Shown piece by piece: positions 50,501-64,000 of a stretch of 64,000 bases of DNA (within the stretch, counting starts at the first letter, position 1; the number at the start of each line of letters is the position of its first letter). Origin of the DNA: Eledone cirrhosa (Eukaryota). The stretch is taken from NCBI GenBank assembly GCA_964016885.1, contig OZ024743.1:83514001-83578000 (forward strand), in the 5' to 3' direction. A model generated the notes under the pieces. That model saw nothing but the letters and a program-made list of their open reading frames with translations. It did not search any database and was not told the origin of the DNA. The translations under genes and the position numbers were made by a program.

Positions 50501-53500
50501 GACAATAGAGAGAAAGACTTGTGTGTGACAATAGAGAGGGACAGACTAAGGTGTGATAATAGAGAGACAGACTAGGGTGTGACAATAGAGAGACAGACTA
50601 GGGTGTGACAATAGAGAGGGACAGACTAAGGTGTGATAATAGAGAGACAGACTAGGGTGTGACAATAGAGAGACAGACTAGGGTGTGACAATAGAGAGAC
50701 AGACTAAGCTGTGACAATATAGAGACAGACTAAGGTGTGATAATAGAGAGACAGACTAGGGTGTGACAATAGAGAGACAGACTAGGGTGTGACAATATAG
50801 AGAGACAGGCTAAGGTGTGACAATAGAGAGACAGACTAGGGTGTGACAATAGAGAGGGACAGACTAAGGTGTGATAATAGAGAGACAAACTAGGGTGTGG
50901 CAATAGAGAGACAGACTAGGCTGTGACAATAGAGAGACAGACTAAGGTGTGACAATATAGAGACAGACTAGAGTGTGACAATATAGAGACAGACTAAGAT
51001 GTGATAATAGAGAGACAGACTAGGGTGTGACAATAGAGAGACAGTCTAAGGTGTGACAATAGAGAGGGACAGACTAAGGTGTGATAATAGAGAGACAGAC
51101 GAGGGTGTGACAATAGAGAGACAGACTAAGGTGTGTCAATACAGAGGGACAGACTAAGGTGTGATAATAGAGAGACAGACTAGGGTGTGACAATAGAGAG
51201 ACAGACTAAGGTGTGACAACAGAGAGACAGACTAAGGTGTGACAATAGAGAGGGACAGACTAAGTTGTAATAATAGAGAGACAGACCAGGGTGTGACAAT
51301 ATAGAGAGACAGACTATGGTGTGACAATAGAGAGGGACAGACTAAGGTGTGACAATAGAGAGACAGACTAAGGTGTAACAATTGTGAGACAGACTAGGGT
51401 GTGACAATATAGAGAGACAGACTAAGGTGTGACAATAGAGAGACAGACTAAGGTGTGACAATAGAGAGACAGACTAAGGTGTGACACTAGAAAGGGACAG
51501 AATAAGGTGTGACAATAGAGAGACAGACTAGGTTGTGACAATATAGAGACAGACTAAGGTGTGACAATAGAGAGACAGACTAGGGTGTGACATTAGAGAG
51601 ACAGACTAAGGTGTGACAATAGAGAGACATACTAAGGTGTGACAATAGACAGACAGACTAAGGTGTGACAATAGAGAGAGACAGACTAAGGTGTGACAAT
51701 ATAGAGACAGATTATGGTGTGACAATAGAGAGGGACAGACTAAGGTGTGACAATAGAGAGGGACAGACTAAGGTGTGACAATATAGAGACAGACTAGAGT
51801 GTGACAATATAGAGAGACAGACTAAGGTGTGACAATAGAGAGACAGACTAGGGTGTGCCAATAGAGAGGGACAGACTAAGGTGTGATAATAGAGAGACAG
51901 ACTAAGGTGTGACAATAGAGAGACAAACTAGGGTGTGACAATAGAGAGGGACAGACTAAGGTGTGACAATATAGAGAGACAGGCTAAGGTTTGATAATAG
52001 AGAGACAGACTAGTGTGTGACAATACAGAGGGACAGACTAAGGTGTGATGATAGAGAGACAGACTAGGGTGTGGCAATATAGAGAGACAGACAAGGGTGT
52101 GACAATATAGAGAGACAGACTAATGTGTGACAATAGAGACAGACTAGGGTGTGACAATATAGAGAGACAGACTAAGGTGTGACAATAGAGAAACAGACTA
52201 AGGTGTGACAATATAGAGAGACAGAATAAGGTGTGACAATAGAGAGACAGACTAAGGTGTGACAATAGAGAGACAGACTGAGGTGTGACAAGAGAGAGAC
52301 AGACTAAGGTGTGACAATAGAGAGACAGACTAATGTGTGAGAAGAGAGAGACAGACTAAGGTGTGATAATAGAGAGACAGACTAGGGTGTGACAATAGAG
52401 AGACAGACTAGGGTGTGACAATAGAGAGGGACAGACTAAGGTGTGATAATAGAGAGACAGACTAGGGTGTGATAATAGAGAGACAGCTAGGGTGTGACAA
52501 TAGAGAGACAGACTAAGGTGTGACAATATAGAGACAGACTAGGGTGTGACAATATAGAGACAGACTAAGGTGTGATAATAGAGAGACAGACTAGGGTGTG
52601 ACAATAGAGAGACAGACTAGGGTGTGACAATATAGAGAGACAGGCTAAGGTTTGATAATAGAGAGACAGACTAGTGTGTGACAATACAGAGGGACAGACT
52701 AAGGTGTGATGATAGAGAGACAGACTAGGGTGTGGCAATAGAGAGACAGACTAGGGTGTGACAATATAGAGAGACAGGCTAAGGTGTGACAATAGAGAGA
52801 CAGACTAGGGTGTGACAATAGAGAGGGACAGACTAAGGTGTGACAATAGAGAGGGACAGACTAAGGTGTGACAATAGAGAGACAGACTAAGGTGTGACAA
52901 TATAGAGACAGACTAGAGTGTGACAATATAGAGACAGACTAAGGTGTGATAATAGAGAGACAGACTAGGGTGTGACAATAGAGAGACAGACTAAGGTGTG
53001 ACAATATAGAGACAGACTAGAGTGTGACAATATAGAGAGACAGACTAAGGTGTGACAATAGAGAGACAGACTAGGGTGTGCCAATAGAGAGGGACAGACT
53101 AAGGTGTGATAATAGAGAGACAGACTAGGGTGTGACAATAGAGAGACAGACTAGGGTGTGACAATAGAGAGACAGACTAAGGTGTGACAATAGAGAGGGA
53201 CAGACTAAGGTGTGACAATAGGGAGACAGACTAGGTTGTGACAATAGAGAGACAGACTAAGGTGTGACAATAGAGAGGGACAGACTAAGGTGTGACAATA
53301 AAGAGACAGACTAAGGTGTGACAATAGAGAGAGACAGACTAGGGTGTGACAATATAGAGACAGACTAAGGTGTGATAATAGAGAGACAGACTAGGGTGTG
53401 ACAATAGAGAGACAGACTAGGGTGTGACAATATAGAGACAGACTAAGGTGTGATAATAGAGAGACAGACTAGGGTGTGACAATAGAGAGACAGACTAAGG

Positions 53501-56500
53501 TGTGACAATAGAGAGGGACAGACTAAGGTGTGATAGTAGAGAGACAGACTAGGGTGTGACAATAGAGAAGGACAGACTAAGGTGTGATAATAGATAGACA
53601 GACTAGGATGTGACAATAGAGAGACAGACTAGGGTGTGACAATAGTGAGACAGACTAAGGTGTGACAATATAGAGACAGACTAGGATGTGATAATAGAGA
53701 GACAGACTAGGGTGTGACAATAGAGAGACAGACTAAGGTGTGACAATAGAGAGGGACAGACTAAGGTGTGATAGTAGAGAGACAGACTAGGGTGTGACAA
53801 TAGAGAGACAGACTAAGGTGTGACAAGAGAGAGACAGACTAAGGTGTGACAATAGAGAGGGACAGACTAAGGTGTAATAATAGAGAGACAGACCAGGGTG
53901 TGACAATATAGAGAGACAGACTATGGTGTGACAATAGAGAGTGACAGACTAAGGTGTGACAATAGAGAGACATACTAAGGTGTGACAATAGAGAGACAGA
54001 CTAGTGTGTGACAATATAGAGAGACAGACTAAGGTGTGACAATAGAGAGACAGACTAAGGTGTGACAATAGAGAGACAGACTAAGGTGTGACAATAGAAA
54101 GGGACCAAATAAGGTGTGACAATAGAGAGACAGACTAGGTTGTGACAATATAGAGACAGACTAAGGTGTGAGAATAGAGAGACAGACTAGGGTGTGACAT
54201 TAGAGAGACAGACTAAGGTGTGACAATAGAGAGACATACTAAGGTGTGACAATAGACAGACAGACTAAGGTGTGACAATAGAGAGAGACAGACTAAGGTG
54301 TGACAATAGAGAGACAGACTAGGGTGTAACAATAGAGAGACAGACTAAGGTGTGACAATATAGAGACAGACTAGAATGTGACAATATAGAGAGACAGACT
54401 AAGGTGTGACAATAGAGAGACAGACTAGGGTGTGACAATAGAGAGGGACAGACTAAGGTGTGATAATAGAGAGACAGACTAGGGTGTGACAATAGAGAGA
54501 CAGACTAGGGTGTGACAATATAGAGAGACAGACTAAGGTGTGACAATAGAGAGACAGACTAGGGTGTGACAATAGAGAGGGAAAGACTAAGGTGTGATAA
54601 TAGAGAGACAGACTAGGGTGTGACAATAGAGAGACAGACTAAGGTGTGACAATATAGAGACAGACTAGAATGTGACAATATAGAGAGACAGACTAAGGTG
54701 TGACAATAGAGAGACAGACTAGGGTGTGACAATAGAGAGTGACAGACTAAGGTGTGATAATAGAGAGACAGACTAGGGTGTGACAATAGAGAGACAGACT
54801 AAGGTGTGACAATATAGAGACAGACTAGAGTGTGACAATATAGAGAGACAGACTAAGGTGTGACAATAGAGAGACAGACTAGGGTGTGCCAATAGAGAGG
54901 GACAGACTAAGGTGTGATAATAGAGAGACAGACTAGGGTGTGACAATAGAGAGACAGACTAGGGTGTGACAATAGAGAGACAGACTAAGGTGTGACAATA
55001 GAGAGGGACAGACTAAGGTGTGACAATAGGGAGACAGACTAGGTTGTGACAATAGAGAGACAGACTAAGGTGTGACAATAGAGACGGACAGACTAAGGTG
55101 TGACAATAAAGAGACAGACTAAGGTGTGACAATAGAGAGAGACAGACTAGGGTGTGACAATATAGAGACAGACTAAGGTGTGATAATAGAGAGACAGACT
55201 AGGGTGTGACAATAGAGAGACAGACTAGGGTGTGACAATATAGAGAGACAGGCTAAGGTGTGACAATAGAGAGACAGACTAGGGTGTGACAATAGAGAGG
55301 GACAGACTAAGGTGTGATAATAGATAGACAGACTAGGATGTGACAATAGAGAGACAGACTAGGGTGTGACAATAGTGAGACAGACTAAGGTGTGACAATA
55401 TAGAGACAGACTAGGATGTGATAATAGAGAGACAGACTAGGGTGTGACAATAGAGAGACAGACTAAGGTGTGACAATAGAGAGGGACAGACTAAGGTGTG
55501 ATAGTAGAGAGACAGACTAGGGTGTGACAATAGAGAGACAGACTAAGGTGTGACAAGAGAGAGACAGACTAAGGTGTGACAATAGAGAGGGACAGACTAA
55601 GGTGTAATAATAGAGAGACAGACCAGGGTGTGACAATATAGAGAGACAGACTATGGTGTGACAATAGAGAGGGACAGACTAAGGTGTGACAATAGAGAGA
55701 CATACTAAGGTGTGACAATAGAGAGACAGACTAGTGTGTGACAATATAGAGAGACAGACTAAGGTGTGACAATAGAGAGACAGACTAAGGTGTGACAATA
55801 GAGAGACAGACTAAGGTGTGACAATAGAAAGGGACCAAATAAGGTGTGACAATAGAGAGACAGACTAGGTTGTGACAATATAGAGACAGACTAAGGTGTG
55901 AGAATAGAGAGACAGACTAGGGTGTGACATTAGAGAGACAGACTAAGGTGTGACAATAGAGAGACATACTAAGGTGTGACAATAGACAGACAGACTAAGG
56001 TGTGACAATAGAGAGAGACAGACTAAGGTGTGACAATAGAGAGACAGACTAGGGTGTAACAATAGAGAGACAGACTAAGGTGTGACAATATAGAGACAGA
56101 CTAGAATGTGACAATATAGAGAGACAGACTAAGGTGTGACAATAGAGAGACAGACTAGGGTGTGACAATAGAGAGGGACAGACTAAGGTGTGATAATAGA
56201 GAGACAGACTAGGGTGTGACAATAGAGAGACAGACTAGGGTGTGACAATATAGAGAGACAGACTAAGGTGTGACAATAGAGAGACAGACTAGGGTGTGAC
56301 AATAGAGAGGGAAAGACTAAGGTGTGATAATAGAGAGACAGACTAGGGTGTGACAATAGAGAGACAGACTAAGGTGTGACAATATAGAGACAGACTAGAA
56401 TGTGACAATATAGAGAGACAGACTAAGGTGTGACAATAGAGAGACAGACTAGGGTGTGACAATAGAGAGTGACAGACTAAGGTGTGATAATAGAGAGACA

Positions 56501-59500
56501 GACTAGGGTGTGACAATAGAGAGACAGACTAGGGTGTGACAATATAGAGAGACAGACTAATGTGTGACAATAGAGAGACAGACTAGGGTGTGACAATAGA
56601 GAGACAGACTGAGGTGTGACAATATAGAGAGACAGAATAAGGTGTCACAATAGAGAGACAGACTAAGGTGTGACAATAGAGAGACACACTGAGGTGTGAC
56701 AAGAGAGAGACAGACTAAGGTGTGACAATAGAGAGACAGACTAAGGTGTGACAATAGAGTGGGACAGACTAAGGTGTGACAATAGAGAGACAGACTAGGT
56801 TGTGACAATAGAGAGACAGACTAAGGTGTGACAAGTGAGAGACAGACTAGGTTGAGACAATAGAGAGACAGACGAATGTGTGACAAGAGAGAGACCGACT
56901 AAGGTGTGACTATAGAGAAACAGACTAAGGTGTGACAATAGAGAGACAGATTAAGCTGTGACAATAGAGAAACAGACTAGGGTGTGACACTAGAGAAACA
57001 GACTAAGGTGTGATAATAGAGAGACAGACTAAGCTGTGACAATCGAGAAACAGACTAGGGTGTGACAATAGAGGGACAGACTAAGGTGTGATAATAGAGA
57101 GACAGACTAAGGTGTGACAATAGAGAGGGACAGACTAAGGTGTGACAATAGAGAGGGACAGACTAAGGTGTAACAACAGAGAGACAGACTAGGGTGTGAC
57201 AATAGAGAGACAGACAAAGGTGTGACAATAGAGAGAGACAGACTAAGGTGTTACAATAGAGAGACAAACTAGGGTGTGACAATAGAGAGACAGACTAAGG
57301 TTTGACAATAGAGAGACAGACTAGGGTGTGACAATAGAGAGACAGACTAGGGTGTGACAATATAGAGAGACAGACTAAGGTGTGACAATAGAGAGACAGC
57401 CTAGGGTGTGACAATAGAGAGACAGACTAGGGTGTGACAATAGAGAGGGACAGACTAAGGTGTGATAATAGAGAGACAGACTAGGGTGTGACAATAGAGA
57501 GACAGACTAGGGTGTGACAATAGAGAGACAGACTAAGGTGTGACAATAGAGAGACAGACTAGGGTGTGACAATATAGAGACAGACTAAGGTGTGATAATA
57601 GAGAGACAGACTAGGGTGTGACAATAGAGAGACAGACTAAGGTGTGACAATATAGAGACAGACTAGAGTGTGACAATATAGAGAGACAGACTAAGGTGTG
57701 ACAATAGAGAGACAGACTAGGGTGTGCCAATAGAGAGGGACAGACTAAGGTGTGATAATAGAGAGACAGACTAGGGTGTGACAATAGAGAGACAGACTAG
57801 GGTGTGACAATAGAGAGACAGACTAAGGTGTGACAATAGAGAGGGACAGACTAAGGTGTGACAATAGAGAGACAGACTAGGGTGTGACAATAGAGAGACA
57901 GACTAAGGTGTGACAATAGAGAGGGACAGACTAAGGTGTGACAATAGAGAGACAGACTAAGGTGTGACAATAGAGAGAGACAGACTAGGGTGTGACAATA
58001 TAGAGACAGACTAATGTGTGAGAAGAGAGAGACAGACTAAGGTGTGATAATAGAGAGACAGACTAGGGTGTGACAATAGAGAGACAGACTACGGTGAGAC
58101 AATAGAGAGGGACAGACTAAGGTGTGATAATAGAGAGACAGACTAGGGTGTGACAATAGAGAGACAGACTAGGGTGTGACAATGGAGAGGGACAGACTAA
58201 GGTGTGATAATAGAGAGACAGACTAGGGTGTGATAATAGAGAGACAGACTAGGGTGTGACAATAGAGAGACAGACTAAGGTGTGACAATATAGAGACAGT
58301 CTAGGGTGTGACAATATAGAGACAGATTAAGGTGTGATAATAGAGAGACAGACTAGGGTGTGACAATAGAGAGACAGACTAGGATGTGACAATATAGAGA
58401 GACAGGCTAAGGGTGATAATAGAGAGACAGACTAGTGTGTGACAATAGAGAGGGACAGACTAAGGTGTGATGATAGAGAGACAGACTAGGGTGTGGCAAT
58501 AGAGAGACAGAGTAGGGTGTGACAATAGAGAGACAGACTAAGGTGTGACAATATAGAGACAGACTAGAGTGTGACAATATAGAGACAGACTAAGGTGTGA
58601 TAATAGAGAGACAGACTAGGGTGTGACAATAGAGAGACAGACTAAGGTGTGACAATAGAGAGACAGACTAGGGTGTGCCAATAGAGAAGGACAGACTAAG
58701 GTGTGATAATAGAGAGACAGACTAGGGTGTGACAATAGAGAGACAGACTAGGGTGTGACAATAGAGAGACAGACTAAGGTGTGACAATAGAGAGGGACAG
58801 ACTAAGGTGTGACAATACAGAGACAGACTAAGGTGTGACAATAGAGAGAGACAGACTAGGGTGTGACAATATAGAGACAGACTAAGGTGTGATAATAGAG
58901 AGACAGACTAGGGTGTGACAATAGAGAGACAGACTAGGGTGTGAAAATATAGAGAGACAGGCTAAGGTGTGACAATAGAGAGACAGACTAGGGTGTGACA
59001 ATAGAGAGGGACAGACTAAGGTGTGATAATAGAGAGACAGACTAGGATGTGACAATAGAGAGACAGACTAGGGTGTGACAATAGTGAGACAGACTAAGGT
59101 GTGACAATATAGAGACAGACTAGGATGTGATAATAGAGAGACAGACTAGGGTGTGACAATAGAGAGACAGACTAAGGTGTGACAATAGAGAGGGACAGAC
59201 TAAGGTGTGATAATAGAGAGACAGACTAGGGTGTGACAATAGAGAGACAGACTAAGGTGTGACAAGAGAGAGACAGACTAAGGTGTGACAATAGAGAGGG
59301 ACAGACTAAGGTGTAATAATAGAGAGACAGACCAGGGTGTGACAATATAGAGAGACAGACTATGGTGTGACAATAGAGAGGGACAGACTAAGGTGTGACA
59401 ATAGAGAGACATACTAAGGTGTGACAATATAGAGACAGACTAAGGTGTGAGAATAGAGAGACAGACTAGGGTGTGACATTAGAGAGACAGACTAAGGTGT

Positions 59501-62500
59501 GACAATAGAGAGACATACTAAGGTGTGACAATAGACAGACAGACTAAGGTGTGACAATAGAGAGAGACAGACTAGGGTGTGACAATAGAGAGGGACAGAC
59601 TAAGGTGTGATAATAGAGAGACAGACTAGGGTGTGACAATATAGAGAGACAGACTAAGGTGTGACAATAGAGAGACAGACTAGGGTGTGACAATAGAGAG
59701 GGAAAGACTAAGGTGTGATAATAGAGAGACGGACTAGGGTGTAACAATAGAGAGACAGACTAGGGTGTGATAATAGAGAGACAGACTGAGGTGTGACAAT
59801 ACAGAGACAGACTAAGGTGTGACAATATAGAGAGACAGAATAAGGTGTGACAATAGAGTGGGACAGACTAAGGTGTGACAATAGAGAGACAGACTAGGTT
59901 GTGACAATAGAGAGACAGACTAAGGTGTGACAAGTGAGAGACAGACTAGGTTGAGACAATAGAGAGACAGACGAATGTGTGACAAGAGAGAGACCGATTA
60001 AGGTGTGACTATAGAGAAACAGACTAAGGTGTGACAATAGAGAGACAGATTAAGCTGTGACAATAGAGAAACAGACTAGGGTGTGACACTAGAGAAACAG
60101 ACTAAGGTGTGATAATAGAGAGACAGACTAAGGTGTGACAATAGAGAGGGACAGACTAAGGTGTGACAATAGAGAGGGACAGACTAAGGTGTAACAACAG
60201 AGAGACAGACTAGGGTGTGACAATAGAGAGAGACAGACTAAGGTGTTACAATAGAGAGACAAACTAGGGTGTGACAATAGAGAGACAGACTAAGGTTTGA
60301 CAATAGAGAGACAGACTAGGGTGTGACAATAGAGAGACAGACTAGGGTGTGACAATATAGAGAGACAGACTAGGGTGTGACAATAGAGAGGGACAGACTA
60401 AGGTGTGATAATAGAGAGACAGACTAGGGTGTGACAATAGAGAGACAGACTAGGGTGTGACAATAGAGAGACAGACTAAGGTGTGACAATAGAGAGACAG
60501 ACTAGGGTGTGACAATATAGAGACAGACTAAGGTGTGATAATAGAGAGACAGACTAGGGTGTGACAATAGAGAGACAGACTAGGGTGTGACAATATAGAG
60601 AGACAGGCTAAGGTGTGACAATAGAGAGAAAGACTTGTGTGTGACAATAGAGAGGGACAGACTAAGGTGTGATAATAGAGAGACAGACTAGGGTCTGACA
60701 ATAGAGAGACAGACTAGGGTGTGACAATAGAGAGGGACAGACTAAGGTGTGATAATAGAGAGACAGACTAGGGTGTGACAATAGAGAGACAGACTAGGGT
60801 GTGACAATATAGAGAGACAGGCTAAGGTGTGACAATAGAGAGACAGACTAGGGTGTGACAATAGAGAGGGACAGACTAAGGTGTGATAATAGAGAGACAG
60901 ACTAGGGTGTGGCAATAGAGAGACAGACTCGGGTGTGACAATAGAGAGACCGACTAAGGTGTGACAATATAGAGACAGACTAGAGTGTGACAATATAGAG
61001 ACAGACTAAGGTGTGATAATAGAGAGACAGACTAGGGTGTGACAATAGAGAGACAGACTAAGGTGTGACAATAGAGAGGGACAGACTAAGGTGTGATAAT
61101 AGAGAGACAGACTAGGGTGTGACAATAGAGAGACAGACTAAGGTGTGTCAATACAGAGGGACAGACTAAGGTGTGATAATAGAGAGACAGACTAGGGTGT
61201 GACAATAGAGAGACAGACTAAGGTGTGACAAGAGAGAGACAGACTAAGGTGTGACAATAGAGAGGGACAGACTAAGTTGTAATAATAGAGAGACAGACCA
61301 GGGCGTGACAATATAGAGAGACAGACTATGGTGTGACAATAGAGAGGGACAGACTAAGGTGTGACAATAAAGAGACAGACTAAGGTGTAACAATTGTGAG
61401 ACAGACTAGAGTGTGACAATATAGAGAGACAGACTAAGGTGTGACAATAGAGCGACAGACTAAGGTGCGACAATAGAGAGACAGACTAAGGTGTGACAAT
61501 AGAAAGGGACAGAATAAGGTGTGACAATAGAGAGACAGACTAGGTTGTGACAATATAGAGACAGACTATGGTGTGACAATAGAGAGGGACAGACTAATGT
61601 GTGACAATAGAGAGGGACAGACTAAGGTGTGACAATATAGAGACAGACTAGAGTGTGACAATATAGAGAGACAGACTAAGGTGTGACAATAGAGAGACAG
61701 ACTAGTGTGTGCCAATAGAGAGGGACTGACTAAGGTGTGATAATAGAGAGACAGACTAGGGTGTGACAATAGAGAGGGACAGACTAAGGTGTGATAATAG
61801 AGAGACAGACTAGGGTGTGACAATATAGAGAGACAGGCTAAGGTGTTACAATAGAGACAGACTAGGGTGTGACAATAGAGAGACAGACTGTGGTGTGACA
61901 ATAGAGAGACAGACTAAGGTGTGACAATATAGAGAGACAGAATAAGGTGTGACAATAGAGAGACAGACTAAGGTGTGACAATAGAGAGACAGACTGAGGT
62001 GTGACAAGAGAGAGACAGACTAATGTGCGACAATCGAGAGACAGACTAAGGTGTGACAATAGAGAGACAGACTAAGGTGTGACAATATAGAGTGACAGAC
62101 TAAGGTGTGACAATAGAGAGACCGACTAGGTTGTGACAATAGAGAGACAGACTAAGGTGTGACAAGAGAGAGACAGACTAAGGTGTGACTATAGAGAAAC
62201 AGACTAAGGTGTGGCAATAGAGAGACAGACTAAGCTGTGACAATAGAGAAACAGACTAGGGTGTGACAATAGAGAAACAGACTAAGGTGTGATAATAGAG
62301 AGACAGACTAAGGTGTGACAATAGAGAGGGACAGACTAAGGTGTGACAATACAGAGGGACAGACTAAGGTGTGACAATAGAGAGACAGACTAGGGTGTGA
62401 CAATAGAGAGACAGACTAAGGTGTGATAATAGAGAGACAGACTAAGGTGTGACAATAGAGAGGGACAGACTAAGGTGTGACAATAGAGAGGGACAGACTA

Positions 62501-64000
62501 AGGTGTGACAATAGAGAGACAGACTAGGGTGTGACAATAGAGAGACAGACGAAGGTGTGAGAAGAGAGAGACAGACTAAGGTGTGACAATAGAGAGGGAC
62601 AGACTAAGGTGTGACAATAGAGAGGGACAGACTAAGGTGTGACAATAGAGAGAGACAGACTAGGGTGTGACAATATAGAGACAGACTAAGGTGTGATAAT
62701 AGAGAGACAGACTAGGGTGTGACAATAGAGAAACAGACTAGGGTGTGACAATATAGAGAGACAGGCTAAGGTGTGACAATAGAGAGACAGACTAGGGTGT
62801 GACAATAGAGAGGGACAGACTAAGGTGTGATAATAGAGAGACAGACTAAGGTGTGACAATAGAGTGAGACAGACTAAGGTGTGACAATAGAGAGACAGAC
62901 TAGGGTGTAACAATAGAGAGACAGACTAAGGTGTGACAATATAGAGACAGACTAGAGTGTGACAATATAGAGAGACAGACTAAGGTGTGACAATAGAGAG
63001 ACAGACTAGGGTGTGACAATAGAGAGGGACAGACTAAGGTGTGATAATAGAGAGACAGACTAGGGTGTGACAATAGAGACACAGACTAGGGTGTGACAAT
63101 ATAGAGAGACAGACTAAGGTGTGACAATAGAGAGACAGACTAGGGTGTGACAATAGAGAGGGACAGACTAAGGTGTGATAATAGAGAGACAGACTAGGGT
63201 GTGACAATAGAGAGACAGACTAAGGTGTGACAAGAGAGAGACAGACTAAGGTGTGACAATATAGAGAGACAGAATAAGGTGTGACAATAGAGAGACAGAC
63301 TAAGGTGTGACAATAGAGAGACAGACTGAGGTGTGACAAGAGAGAGACAGACTAAGGTGTGACAATAGAGAGACAGACTAAGGTGTGACAATAGAGAGGG
63401 ACAGACTAAGGTGTGACAATAGAGAGAGAGACTGGTTGTGACAATAGAGAGACAGACTAAGGTGTGACAAGAGAGAGACAGACTAGGTTGTGACAATAGA
63501 GAGACAGACGGAGGTGTGCCAAGAGAGAGACCGACTAAGGTGTGACTATAGATAAACAGACTAAGGTGTGACAATAGAGAGACAGACTAAGCTGTGACAA
63601 TAGAGAAACAGACTAGGGTGTGACAATAGAGAAACAGACTAAGGTGTGACAATAGAGAGACAGACTAAGCTGTGACAATAGAGAAACAGACTAGGGTGTG
63701 ACAATAGAGGGACAGACTAAGGTGTGATAATAGAGAGACAGACTAAGGTGTGACAATAGAGAGGGACAGACTAAGGTGTGACAATAGAGAGGGACAGACT
63801 AAGGTGTAACAATAGAGAGACAGACTAGGGTGTGACAATAGAGAGACAGACTAAGGTGTGAGAAGAGAGAGACAGACTAAGGTGTGGCAATAGAGAGGGA
63901 CAGACTAAGGTGTGACAATAGTGAGACAGACTAGGGTGTGACAATAGAGAGACAGACTAAAGTGTGACAATAGAGAGGGACAGACTAAGGTGTGACAATA
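17506..64000. repeat. Satellite array; 26-bp monomer GACAGACTARGGTGTGAYAATAGAGA with 28-bp (+GG, +TA, +GA) and rare 24-bp variants; about 1,750 copies; continues past the window end
   Basis: Uninterrupted head-to-tail monomers in one orientation; copy number estimated from length divided by about 26.5. Confidence 0.99.

Noticed and set aside
20040-63574. Many minus-strand ORFs encoding SLSLYCHTLVCLSIVTP-type Cys/His peptides
   Set aside because: Translation of the satellite; TTG starts, frequent stops, frames cycle with monomer length
17506-64000. CRISPR-like array (repeat length 26-28 bp)
   Set aside because: Monomers are directly adjacent with no unique spacers, there are no cas genes, and the context is eukaryotic
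17506-64000. Telomeric repeat (TAGGG within the monomer)
   Set aside because: No tandem TTAGGG; CTAGGG occurs once per 26 bp in only some monomers

Overview
Eukaryotic, AT-rich, gene-free repetitive DNA. The tRNA-derived SINEs resemble octopus families, so the source is probably an octopus (inference). Bases 1-17,500 are a mosaic of mobile-element pieces separated by (TA)n/(CA)n/(CT)n microsatellites. They include a 5'-truncated but uninterrupted Penelope-like retroelement ORF (RT + GIY-YIG, CxCx5C linker, Naiad-like) with a 3' hammerhead ribozyme (HHR), an R4/Dong-type LINE pseudogene, a CR1/L2-group 3' end, an internally deleted RTE, a non-autonomous Helitron with a PIF1 remnant, SINEs and a 652-bp unit with 50-bp direct repeats. 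Six full type I HHR motifs and several HHR halves occur in this 17 kb. Some sit in fold-back palindromes, one centred exactly on HHR stem II, which suggests cDNA snap-back self-priming. Bases 17,506-64,000 are one 26/28-bp satellite array (about 1,750 monomers) with nested higher-order duplications of about 1.7, 2.0, 3.6 and 11.5 kb. No host protein-coding gene, rRNA or CRISPR is supported.
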